From Acaryochloris thomasi RCC1774 (GTDB taxonomy: Bacteria; Cyanobacteriota; Cyanobacteriia; Thermosynechococcales; Thermosynechococcaceae): 32,000 bases of DNA. The notes under the pieces are model-generated. The model had not been told where the DNA came from and did no database searches. It saw only the letters and a program-made list of their open reading frames with translations. The translations under genes and the position numbers were made by a program. The stretch covers positions 1 to 32,000 of the forward strand of contig NZ_PQWO01000002.1 in assembly GCF_003231495.1 (NCBI RefSeq), read 5' to 3'. Of this stretch, positions 1 through 8,032 are shown piece after piece. How positions within the stretch are numbered: position 1 is the stretch's first letter; every line of letters begins with the position of its first letter.

Positions 1-2
1 CG

Positions 3-116
3 TTGCTCAGAACAATTGTGATTAATCTGCTGAGATTGAATGGCTTCCAATCGCTCAAAGCCGCTATGACAAAGCTTGCTAATCGGGTTGATGTTATTTT
101 TTCGCTGTTAACTTAA
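3..116 (+). mobile_element. 3' end of a transposase ORF cut by the window edge (possibly ISAs1/IS4-like)
   Basis: Frame 3 is open from the window edge to TAA at 114-116. It reads LLRTIVINLLRLNGFQSLKAAMTKLANRVDVIFSLLT*, which resembles from memory the C-terminal tail of cyanobacterial ISAs1-type DDE transposases. Only 37 codons are visible and no terminal inverted repeat was identified. Confidence 0.3.
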
Positions 117-256
117 AACAACCCTGTGTCTTCTGGATTGCATCTAGGTTTATTCCCCTCTATATTATGGGGAGTAGACCAGCGCACAACGAGAATTTCC
201 AATTCATTATTTGTATTATGAGTGTTGGTTGCTGTATGCCCTAGGATCTGTCGTGT

Positions 257-488
257 TCACAGATCTTCAAGTCGATCGCAAAAGTACAGTTTATACAATG
301 TACATCGCACCTCAACCTCATTCCCCTTCAGCCGCACTAATCCCAATAAACCCCTGCTCCGGTTTGATTCGTACCGGCTCTGACGCCTGCGCCACCGTTT
401 TCATTGCGATCGCAAGTTCAGGATGCGCCTGCAAGTGCGACCACAAATCCCGTAGATGCTGGGCATAGTGCCCATCAGCATTAGAACT
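257..488 (-). pseudogene. Frameshifted C-terminal relic of a cyanobacterial AAA-like-domain (pfam14516-type, STAND-related) protein
   Basis: Minus-strand translation of 488..321 gives SSNADGHYAQHLRDLWSHLQAHPELAIAMKTVAQASEPVRIKPEQGFIGISAAEGE*. One extra base in the CCCC run at 323-326 shifts the frame into GNEVEVRCTLYKLYFCDRLEDL* (stop 257-259). Removing one base restores ...ISAAEGNEVEVRCTLYKLYF..., which matches the conserved tail (GNxVxPxCxLYxxYF) recalled for this family. An in-frame stop lies at 489-491. Only broken frames lie upstream to about 660, so the N-terminal ATPase part is missing. Confidence 0.5.
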
Positions 489-666
489 TCAGCCCTGAAT
501 ATCCGCAAAGAGATCAAAAGCTATCCCTCATTGCGTCGTCATTGTATTGAAAGCCTTGAAGTGACCTATACGTATGCACAAGAACTCGTGTCACTTGAGT
601 CTCAACTTGACCTCGAAGCCTTCCCTGTGCCATGTCCTGCTGTAAGCAGCAAAGAGATCTAAACCT

Positions 667-1497
667 CTAATAGCGACTACTTTCTGCCCAAGGTGTCAGC
701 CAGTGAGATAAAAGCTTAAAGGAAAAATCCGTCAGCAGCCCAATCAGCCCAATCACCGCGATCGCAAATAAGACTTTATCCGTTTGCAAAAAACGCTGGG
801 CCTGCACGACCCGAAACCCTAAGCCATTGTCCGCCGCAATGAGTTCAGAAATTACCAAAAAGTTCCAGGCACCGGCAACATTGACCCGCAGCGTATCGAT
901 AATCCCCGGCACGATGCCCGGTAGAATCACGCGAGAGAGTACATCAACACGATTGGCTCCCAAGGTATAAGCCACGCTAAACAGCTCATTGGGGATGAAC
1001 TTCACCGTATCCGCCACCATAATCGCGTTGTAGAACACAATGCCCAAAAAGATAATTAAAATCCGGGCTAGCTCTCCCAAGCCTGCCCAGAGAATAATCA
1101 ACGGTACAAAAGCAGCCACCGGCATATAGCGAACCGTGCCGACAATAGGACTAAAGAGTCTCTCCATGCTTTGAAATGTTCCCATCGCAATTCCCATCGG
1201 AACGCCAATGGCGGCAGCCAGTCCAAAACCCAGCAGGACTCGATAGCAGCTACTCCAAATATCGAAGAGCAGATTATCTTCAAACAGCATCGTTCTCCCA
1301 GCCTGCAGTACGGCGGTAGGCGTAGGTAAAAAGATGGATTCAACGATGCCGCCATAGCTGAGGGCAGACCAGATCGCCAACGGGAAGGCTAGAGCAAACA
1401 CCACAAGGGCAACCCCTAACCCGTTGGGAAAAGGTTGACGAATACTCCAAAAGACCGAGGGACGCAGATAGCGCTTGGAGGAATTTGATGGCAGCAC
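667..1497 (-). CDS. ABC transporter permease, NitT/TauT (nitrate/sulfonate/taurine/bicarbonate) family
   Basis: 276-aa ORF with a GTG start. Multi-pass hydrophobic protein with an EAA-type cytoplasmic loop (VAYTLGANRVDVLSRVILPGIVPG) typical of TauC/SsuC/NrtB-like permeases. Confidence 0.85.
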   Translation of the reverse strand: MLPSNSSKRYLRPSVFWSIRQPFPNGLGVALVVFALAFPLAIWSALSYGGIVESIFLPTPTAVLQAGRTMLFEDNLLFDIWSSCYRVLLGFGLAAAIGVPMGIAMGTFQSMERLFSPIVGTVRYMPVAAFVPLIILWAGLGELARILIIFLGIVFYNAIMVADTVKFIPNELFSVAYTLGANRVDVLSRVILPGIVPGIIDTLRVNVAGAWNFLVISELIAADNGLGFRVVQAQRFLQTDKVLFAIAVIGLIGLLTDFSFKLLSHWLTPWAESSRY

Positions 1498-1710
1498 GTT
1501 GATGCTCCTGAGTGATTGTAAAGAAACTCTGACTCAAAAACCGATTATTCGCGGCCATGGAGCCTGACACTGTATAGAAACGAACATTTATGATGCCTCG
1601 CCCCGACTTTAATGAAGGTTGAGAAAAATAGCGATTGTTAGTGTCTGTCTCGCGGGCACCCGTTTTCTCGAAATTGCGGACTGCAGATTATTAGGAATGG
1701 TGGTTTCAGG

Positions 1711-2520
1711 ATGCTTCTAAACGCAACCGATATTAGTCGGCCCCTAACCCCGCCCACCCCGATTGCCAAGCTACAGGTGCAGGGAATCACCAAAAGCTTT
1801 CGCCGCAGCCGAAAGCCTTTGACCGTCCTTGACGATGTCAATCTACACCTAAGCAAGAGTGAGTTTGTCTGCATCGCTGGAGCCTCAGGCTGCGGCAAGT
1901 CAACCTTGCTGAACATTATTGCGGGCCTACTGCCGCCCTGCGAAGGCCAGGTTTTAGTGGATGGTGAACCTGTCCCTGGCCCCGGTGCTGATCGGGGAAT
2001 GGTGTTCCAGAGCTATACGCTCTATCCCTGGCTCACGGTGGCCAATAATGTCGCCTTTGGCCTCAAGCTCCGTCGTTTACCTAAAGCACAAATGCGGGAG
2101 CGCGTGGGGTACTTTCTCAATATTGTCGGCCTGAGTGCTTTTGCTAGTGCCTACCCCAAAGAGCTTTCTGGAGGGATGAAGCAGCGGGTTGCCATAGCAC
2201 GTGCCCTGATCAACGGGCCAGAAGTCCTGCTGATGGATGAACCCTTTGGTGCCTTAGATGCCCAAACAAAGGAAAAAATGCAGCAGTTCATGCTGGAGCT
2301 ATGGGAGAAAACCCGCACCTCGATCTTGATGATCACCCACGACCTTGAAGAGGCCATTTATTTGGCCCAGCGCGTCTACGTCATGAGTGCCCACCCCGGC
2401 AGGATCCAGCAGGAGATCAAGATTGATCTGCCTCCAGAGCGAGAACTCGATCTCAAGCTCAGCCCTAAATTTATCCAGACCAAGCGTGAGCTGATTGAGA
2501 GCTTGCGGGCCGTTGCCTAG
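1711..2520 (+). CDS. ABC transporter ATP-binding protein, NitT/TauT family
   Basis: Walker A GASGCGKST, signature LSGGMKQR, Walker B LLMDEPFGALD, H-loop ITHD. About 30-aa N-terminal extension. Divergent from the permease gene. Confidence 0.9.
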   Translation: MLLNATDISRPLTPPTPIAKLQVQGITKSFRRSRKPLTVLDDVNLHLSKSEFVCIAGASGCGKSTLLNIIAGLLPPCEGQVLVDGEPVPGPGADRGMVFQSYTLYPWLTVANNVAFGLKLRRLPKAQMRERVGYFLNIVGLSAFASAYPKELSGGMKQRVAIARALINGPEVLLMDEPFGALDAQTKEKMQQFMLELWEKTRTSILMITHDLEEAIYLAQRVYVMSAHPGRIQQEIKIDLPPERELDLKLSPKFIQTKRELIESLRAVA

Positions 2521-2574
2521 CGTTTGATTTTTTCTGCAAGAGTGACCCTAAATTCGATCAAATAGAAGGTTGAT

Positions 2575-3588
2575 ATGACTGCCGCTGCCTTAGAGATCAA
2601 GCAATTTATACAGAGTAAAAATCGTCTGTGGAATGCGTTTGCGATCGCATATACAGGGTTAACCTACCTAGGCGGCATTGCTCTTTTTTTGCTGCCGCAG
2701 GTGGGACTGAACCTACTCGGCGTGGTCGTTTTGACCCATAGCCTGTTGGTTTCGGCCTACTTGGCCCATGAGTTGATGCACAGTAATTTGTTCGAGAGTC
2801 GAGCGCTCAATGTGGCCTGGGGCAACGTCATGTTGTGGATCAACGGAGCCATTTATACACCGTTTGATGAGCTGATGCGGCTGCACATTGCCCATCATGT
2901 TGATCGGGTTGATTTCTATCGGTTTGATCTAGAGACCTTTTTAAAGGATTTACCCACGCCTCTACGCCAGATTTTGCTAGGACTGGAGTGGCTCTATATT
3001 CCGTCCCTGGCTTTTTTGCTGCGCTTCCGGGTGATGCTGGCCCCCTTCTGGAACCCTGAACATAAGGAGGAGCGCCTACGCACGGCTTTGTTAATGTTGG
3101 TGCGGGGCAGTCTATTTGCCCTGCTGGGGTTTCTCTCTCCTAAAGCGTTGGGGCTTTACTTTCTTAGTTATGTCGGCATGATCACCGTCCTGCGGTTTAT
3201 GGATGCCTTTCAGCACACCTATGAGGTTTTTGCCCTGGGTGAACCACTGCCGAAACGCGATCGCATCTACGAGCAGGCGAATACTTTCTCAAACGTGGTT
3301 TCCCTGCGTTATCCCTGGCTCAATCTATTGCTACTCAACTTTGGCTACCACAACGCCCATCATGAACTGATGAAATGCCCCTGGCACAGCCTGCCCGAAC
3401 TGGACAAGACCCTATTCACAGGTGCAGAACCCCACTACATTCCCCTGGGGCGTCTGCTCGGAAACTATCATCGCTATCGTGTCTCACGTATTTTCTCCGG
3501 CCAAGGCAGCGCGATCAACGAAACGGGAGAGCCAACGCTGGATCGTTTCTATGGTGGAATTGAGGTCTCATTTCTGCTACCGTCTTAA
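2575..3588 (+). CDS. Membrane fatty-acid-desaturase-family di-iron protein
   Basis: 337 aa with N-terminal transmembrane helices and three histidine boxes: HELMH, HIAHH and HNAHH. Substrate not assignable from sequence. Confidence 0.75.
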   Translation: MTAAALEIKQFIQSKNRLWNAFAIAYTGLTYLGGIALFLLPQVGLNLLGVVVLTHSLLVSAYLAHELMHSNLFESRALNVAWGNVMLWINGAIYTPFDELMRLHIAHHVDRVDFYRFDLETFLKDLPTPLRQILLGLEWLYIPSLAFLLRFRVMLAPFWNPEHKEERLRTALLMLVRGSLFALLGFLSPKALGLYFLSYVGMITVLRFMDAFQHTYEVFALGEPLPKRDRIYEQANTFSNVVSLRYPWLNLLLLNFGYHNAHHELMKCPWHSLPELDKTLFTGAEPHYIPLGRLLGNYHRYRVSRIFSGQGSAINETGEPTLDRFYGGIEVSFLLPS

Positions 3589-3609
3589 AGCTCTTTCCCT
3601 GGCCTACGC

Positions 3610-4506
3610 TTGTCCTCTCCCTTGCCCCAATCTCAAAAATCGACGCTCTCTGGGATTGGATTTGCGATCGCAACCGCTCTTCTTTTTGGTTCTGGCACGC
3701 CCCTCTCCAAACTACTGCTAGATCAAACAGACCCCTGGATGCTGGCGGGCCTTCTATTTCTGGGGGGCGGCTGTGGCCTCCTGCCTATCGTCCTATTGCG
3801 GCACCCATTCCAGAAGCCAGACTATGTTCAATCCGGAGAGTGGCGCTGGGTTTGGAGTTCAACGCTGGCCGGAGGCATCGCGCCTATCCTGTTAATGGTC
3901 GGTCTAAGTACAGCATCGGCTTCATCGGTTGCGCTACTGCTGAATTTTGAAGCCGTGTTCACTGCCATTTTGGCCTGGACCGTTTTCCGAGAACGCTGGC
4001 AGTGGCCGGTCTTTCTGGGCATTATCCCGATCACGGTGGGGGGCATTCTGCTTTCTCAATCCACTGAGGCTAAAGGAGCCGGATGGAGCTGGGGGTCGCT
4101 AGCGGTGCTGGGTACCTGTCTCGCCTGGGCCATCGACAGCAATTTGACGTTCCGAGTGTCTCATCGTGACCCGTTTCAGATTGCCTTGATCAAGAATGGG
4201 GTTGCGGGGATAGTGAACGTTGCGATCGCATCCTTGATTGGCCAGCAATTTCCCGACGGGTCTACGCTCATCCAGATCGGTGGCGTCGGCTTTCTTTGCT
4301 ACGGACTCACCTATTGCTGTTTTGTCCTCGCGCTTCGATGCATTGGTTCCTCACGCACAGCGGCTTTCTTTGCCCTTGCCCCTTTAGTCGGTTCTGCCAT
4401 CGCCGTTGTTGTGTTGCATGAAACGGTGACAGCAGGAGTTGCGATCGCAGCCCTAATCATGACCGGGGGCGCACTGCTCTGTGCATGGGAGCCGCAAGCA
4501 CGATGA
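3610..4506 (+). CDS. EamA/DMT-superfamily transporter
   Basis: 298-aa polytopic membrane protein with about 10 hydrophobic segments arranged as two EamA-like halves. TTG start 22 bp after the desaturase stop; the start codon is uncertain. Confidence 0.7.
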   Translation: MSSPLPQSQKSTLSGIGFAIATALLFGSGTPLSKLLLDQTDPWMLAGLLFLGGGCGLLPIVLLRHPFQKPDYVQSGEWRWVWSSTLAGGIAPILLMVGLSTASASSVALLLNFEAVFTAILAWTVFRERWQWPVFLGIIPITVGGILLSQSTEAKGAGWSWGSLAVLGTCLAWAIDSNLTFRVSHRDPFQIALIKNGVAGIVNVAIASLIGQQFPDGSTLIQIGGVGFLCYGLTYCCFVLALRCIGSSRTAAFFALAPLVGSAIAVVVLHETVTAGVAIAALIMTGGALLCAWEPQAR

Positions 4507-4557
4507 TTAGGGAAGCCAGCGATCTCATGGGTTAGAAAGTTATCGCTTTTTGTATGG

Positions 4558-5229
4558 CTAACGAAAATTACAGGCGATGCCAGACCACAAATGGGTAATG
4601 ACACCCTTGGGCTGATTATTAGAAAGCAAGCCAAATAAGCTATCGGAGGCATTAAACTCTGTGCCTAAACTACTTTCGATCACGTCAACGCGATAGCTTG
4701 CTTCCAAATCAGTCAGCGTTTTGCCTAAGCCAATACCATCAACGGTTGTCAAATTGGCACTCTCCGCCTCTGGACGCACTGACCAACCCACAAACTGATT
4801 CTGCATGGCGTTCATGGTTAAGCCATTCGGCCAACTGATAAAACTCATGGGGCCAGCACCGCACTCATTCTCTTGTGCTATTTCTGTTGGCTGTCCTAGA
4901 GTCGCAGAAACAGCAGCTTGGGCAGTGGCCAGATCTGTATCGAAAGAAATGGATCGAGCTTTGCCAGACTGCTCTTCGATGACTAACAAGCCCTCTCCAG
5001 ACAGGGCGAGAACTAAGTCTGCCGAGCCTTCTGCTGATGCCTCAACTGCGCCATCCGTGGCAGACTCCCTCTCGACAGATGTAGAGTCTGAACGTTCTAA
5101 CGGCTGCTGAGATAGCTCTGGGATATCATTATCAGCACCTCCAGAGTTCTCATCACTACAGGCCATCATCGGCAACATGAGAAATAGATTCAAGGGCAAG
5201 AGCATCAAGAATCTGTTTGGTCTAGGCAT
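4558..5229 (-). CDS. Putative secreted lipoprotein, unknown function
   Basis: From Met15 of the tracked ORF the N-terminus reads MPRPNRFLMLLPLNLFLMLPMMAC-SDE, a signal peptide plus a lipobox-like Cys. An acidic low-complexity linker and a globular C-terminal half follow. Alternative start at 5271. Confidence 0.55.
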   Translation of the reverse strand: MPRPNRFLMLLPLNLFLMLPMMACSDENSGGADNDIPELSQQPLERSDSTSVERESATDGAVEASAEGSADLVLALSGEGLLVIEEQSGKARSISFDTDLATAQAAVSATLGQPTEIAQENECGAGPMSFISWPNGLTMNAMQNQFVGWSVRPEAESANLTTVDGIGLGKTLTDLEASYRVDVIESSLGTEFNASDSLFGLLSNNQPKGVITHLWSGIACNFR

Positions 5230-5510
5230 AGTCCTTACAAGAGTAAGAGGTTGATCAGAAAGATATTGCAAATCTCATTCAATATGTAGCAGTTTATACG
5301 TCTGAGTGAGGACAACCTGACTTTATCGCGGTACACATATTGATTAGGGCATAAAAATGGCTGAGCCCCATCTGTGCTAAAGAAGGGCTGTTCTGACTCC
5401 GCCGGGTGCTGCTTGGCATAGTGTTCGGCCTTTGGGTGCCCTTATCAGCTATCTGGCGACAATACTAGCGACACGAGCATGCGCTTGCCCTGTGCCTGCA
5501 GCCAAAGAAA

Positions 5511-5572
5511 TTGACGGTACAAAGAGACGCAGGCTAAACTGTGACCCTTCAGTCACATGACTGTTCGGTCAC
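5511..5572 (+). promoter_or_regulatory. Candidate sigma70-type promoter plus double-palindrome operator upstream of the TetR gene
   Basis: TTGACG (5511-5516), 18 bp spacer, TAAACT (5535-5540). Two abutting 16-mers follow immediately: GTGACCCTTCAGTCAC (5541-5556) and ATGACTGTTCGGTCAC (5557-5572). The ATG is at 5588. Confidence 0.55.
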
Positions 5573-5587
5573 AGCTCTACGCAAGCC

Positions 5588-6289
5588 ATGCCCACCCAAA
5601 CCTTTTTCAATCTTCCGGACAACAAGCGTCAGAAATTCGTTGAGATTGCGATCTCAGAATTCGCGCGTCATGACTACAACAGTGCTTCGATTACCAAAAT
5701 TGTGGCGACGGCAAAAATCGCTAAGGGCAGCGTCTATCAATATTTCAAGGACAAAAAGGGACTCTACCTGTATCTGATTGAGTTTGCTACCGAAGAGAAG
5801 CTGACCTTCTTGAAAAATACAGAGCAACCCGAATCAGCAAATTTTTTCGACTATCTGCGGTGGCTGTTCCACGCCAGCGTTCTCTTCGATTTTGAACACC
5901 CGACGCTGAGTCAGTTGGTCTATCGGGCTAGGTATGGCACGCTGCCGTTTCGAGATCAGGTGCTAGCGCAAACCAAGAAAGCCTCTAGTGGCTATATTGA
6001 GCAACTCGTCGAGCGCGGCATTGCCCAGGGCGATATTGACCGCGATATTGAACCGGATCTCGCAACCTACATGGTCAACACGCTGGCCAGTGAGATCGGA
6101 AGCCTGATTTTCGACCGTTTAGAGATCGATCCACATCGCCTGGCTGAAGAAGGCCCCCTGGCTGACATTGATATGAAGGTAATTGAACAGATTTTTGATG
6201 AGTTGCTTCAAGTTCTCGAGCGAGGGATGGGGCGCAAAACTAAGCCATCAATGAAGCAAGCAAAGGCCCCATCTTCAGCAAAAACCTGA
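5588..6289 (+). CDS. TetR/AcrR-family transcriptional regulator
   Basis: N-terminal TetR HTH (YNSASITKIVATAKIAKGSVYQYFKDKKGLY), an all-helical ligand-binding domain and a lysine-rich tail. Confidence 0.9.
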   Translation: MPTQTFFNLPDNKRQKFVEIAISEFARHDYNSASITKIVATAKIAKGSVYQYFKDKKGLYLYLIEFATEEKLTFLKNTEQPESANFFDYLRWLFHASVLFDFEHPTLSQLVYRARYGTLPFRDQVLAQTKKASSGYIEQLVERGIAQGDIDRDIEPDLATYMVNTLASEIGSLIFDRLEIDPHRLAEEGPLADIDMKVIEQIFDELLQVLERGMGRKTKPSMKQAKAPSSAKT

Positions 6290-6482
6290 GCGCTTCTGAC
6301 CCAAAATTCCCTATAGCCTTTCAGCTCTTTTACGGCATGGGCTAGGTCTTTGGTATTCACCGGACTGATTGTCTAATGTTCAGTCTCTTCTTTGCCATGC
6401 GTGGTGACTTGATGGCCTTATCCCGCGTGGCGTCGCTGCTGGCTGAGGCCACTAAGCGCACGCGAATGCAATTAAGCATGAA

Positions 6483-6543
6483 TTGGCAAACCTAGGTTCA
6501 TTCGCTAGAATGTGACCAGCTGGTCACGTGGCTGAAGGGTCAT
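6483..6543 (+). promoter_or_regulatory. Candidate sigma70-type promoter plus double-palindrome operator upstream of the Coq4-like operon
   Basis: TTGGCA (6483-6488), 17 bp spacer, TAGAAT (6506-6511). A perfect 16-bp palindrome GTGACCAGCTGGTCAC (6512-6527) and then GTGGCTGAAGGGTCAT (6528-6543) follow immediately. The 32-mer closely matches the reverse complement of 5541-5572. Confidence 0.6.
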
Positions 6544-6585
6544 GTCGCCATTTAGCGTTTTAAGTTTCACAAGGTAACGACCATC

Positions 6586-7254
6586 ATGGTTAGCATTAAG
6601 CGCTTCATCAAATCAATCCGGGACTACTACGCTGAAGGTCAGGTCGGAGACATTGCATTTTTAAAAATCAAGCTCTTGGGCCTGAGCGCGACGCCTGAAC
6701 TCTTGGCTCAACTGCAAGACTTGGCAGGCTACGCCCCTGAAATCGATCTCGACGCGCTCAGTCAGCTTCCTAAAGGAACGTTGGGGTACGAGTATGCTCA
6801 GCACATGCACAAGAACGGGATCCTCCCTCTTGTCATCAGCCCCGATTTGCAGATAGAAGCTCAGCAAGCCCCCTTTGCGCTGCGCTATACCACTACCCAC
6901 GATATGTTCCACGTGCTGCTGGGGTTCGATACTAGCTATGCCGGTGAAGTTGGAGTGTTTGCTTTTATGGCTGCTCAAAACTACAGCTCGTTCATCAATG
7001 CAGCTCTCCCTATTATGAGTAAGATTTATCCGCTGATCTTTTGGGGGCAGAGACAGTCAATGATTGCCAATATCCAGGCAGGAAAGGCGTTGGGTGAACA
7101 GGCCAAATGCCTACTGGCTTACCGCATTGAAGATCACTGGGCACGCCCAATTGCCGATATTCGCTCTGAATTAGGGCTGGTTCTTGAAGGGAGCGACTTG
7201 GCTCAGGACATGCAAGACAATCTCTTATACAAAGCGGCAGAAAGTATTGCCTGA
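6586..7254 (+). CDS. Coq4-family protein (paralogue 1)
   Basis: 222 aa. Carries the Coq4 signature HDxxH-x11-E (HDMFHVLLGFDTSYAGE). Alignable over its full length with the next gene. Confidence 0.75.
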   Translation: MVSIKRFIKSIRDYYAEGQVGDIAFLKIKLLGLSATPELLAQLQDLAGYAPEIDLDALSQLPKGTLGYEYAQHMHKNGILPLVISPDLQIEAQQAPFALRYTTTHDMFHVLLGFDTSYAGEVGVFAFMAAQNYSSFINAALPIMSKIYPLIFWGQRQSMIANIQAGKALGEQAKCLLAYRIEDHWARPIADIRSELGLVLEGSDLAQDMQDNLLYKAAESIA

Positions 7255-7324
7255 CATCTCTTCTAATAGATGTTTTCAGCCTAACTGAAGCATCCAAGCT
7301 GTTCAAGCACTGAGGAAAACCGCA

Positions 7325-7990
7325 ATGACCAGTATTAAGCGCTTCATCAAAGCCTATAAAGACTACTTAACGGAAGGAGAGACCGGAGACGCTGCACTCC
7401 TCGAAAGCCAGCTTTATGGATTCGGCACCCATCCTGATCTGCTGAAACAACTGCAGGGGTTAGCAGACTACTATCCCACGATTGATTTAGAGCAACTCCG
7501 TCAACTCCCCAAAGGCACTTTAGGGCATGAATATGCCCAGCACATGCAGGACAACGGAATTCAACCGTTAGAAGTCAGTGATGATCTGAAAGAAGAAGCC
7601 AAGCGTCATCCTTTCGCGCTGCGCTACACCGTCACCCACGATATCTTTCACATTTTGCTAGGGTTTGATACCAGCTATTCTGGTGAAGCTGGCGTATTCG
7701 GGTTTACCGTGGGGCAGAACTATACAAAAACGCTGAATCTAACCTATCCTCTCATTAAGCTAATTCTCGTACTCATTAAGCCGTGGCAAGCGCAGGACAT
7801 CTTGGCCAGCGCCCGCAGAGGTAAAAAACTGGGTGAGCAGGCGGACTGCTTGTTGGCCTATCCGTTTGAAGAAAACTGGACACGCTCCATTACCGATATC
7901 CGAGCTGAGTTAGGGTTAGTTTCAGGAGGCAAACCGTCAAAGCGATCGGCAAGGGAAATTGCGAATGTTCTGCCTAGCGCCGCAGCTTGA
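7325..7990 (+). CDS. Coq4-family protein (paralogue 2)
   Basis: 221 aa. Signature HDIFHILLGFDTSYSGE. Shares blocks with paralogue 1: SIKRFIK, QLPKGTLG-EYAQHM, PFALRYT, LGEQA-CLLAY. Confidence 0.75.
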   Translation: MTSIKRFIKAYKDYLTEGETGDAALLESQLYGFGTHPDLLKQLQGLADYYPTIDLEQLRQLPKGTLGHEYAQHMQDNGIQPLEVSDDLKEEAKRHPFALRYTVTHDIFHILLGFDTSYSGEAGVFGFTVGQNYTKTLNLTYPLIKLILVLIKPWQAQDILASARRGKKLGEQADCLLAYPFEENWTRSITDIRAELGLVSGGKPSKRSAREIANVLPSAAA

Positions 7991-8032
7991 TGCCCTAGCC
8001 TGAGGCCGTATCACCCAACCAAGGAGACTTCC

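Noticed and set aside
211-662. Plus-strand ORFs 211-468 (TTG start) and 456-662
   Set aside because: Neither has a recognisable domain. They overlap the minus-strand relic, whose translation has clear family-like sequence, so they are better explained as chance ORFs in decaying DNA.
1572-1613. NtcA-like site GTA-N8-AAC (1572-1585), then 22 nt to a TTTAAT -10-like box (1608-1613), in the divergent ABC promoter region
   Set aside because: The spacing is canonical for NtcA-activated promoters, and NitT-family transporters are often N-regulated. However, one half-site is imperfect, and a 6-nt degenerate match is expected many times by chance in 32 kb. I kept it only as a note.
3375-3721. ORFs 3375-3563 and 3422-3721 overlapping the desaturase 3' end and the EamA 5' end
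   Set aside because: They are off-frame overlaps of two supported genes, and the products are Arg/Ser/Pro-rich.
6377-6496. 39-codon ORF (MFSLFFAMRGDLMALSRVASLLAEATKRTRMQLSMNWQT) between the TetR gene and the Coq4-like promoter
   Set aside because: It has no RBS or recognisable motif, and its 3' end overlaps the predicted -35 box. It is too short to support without conservation or expression data.
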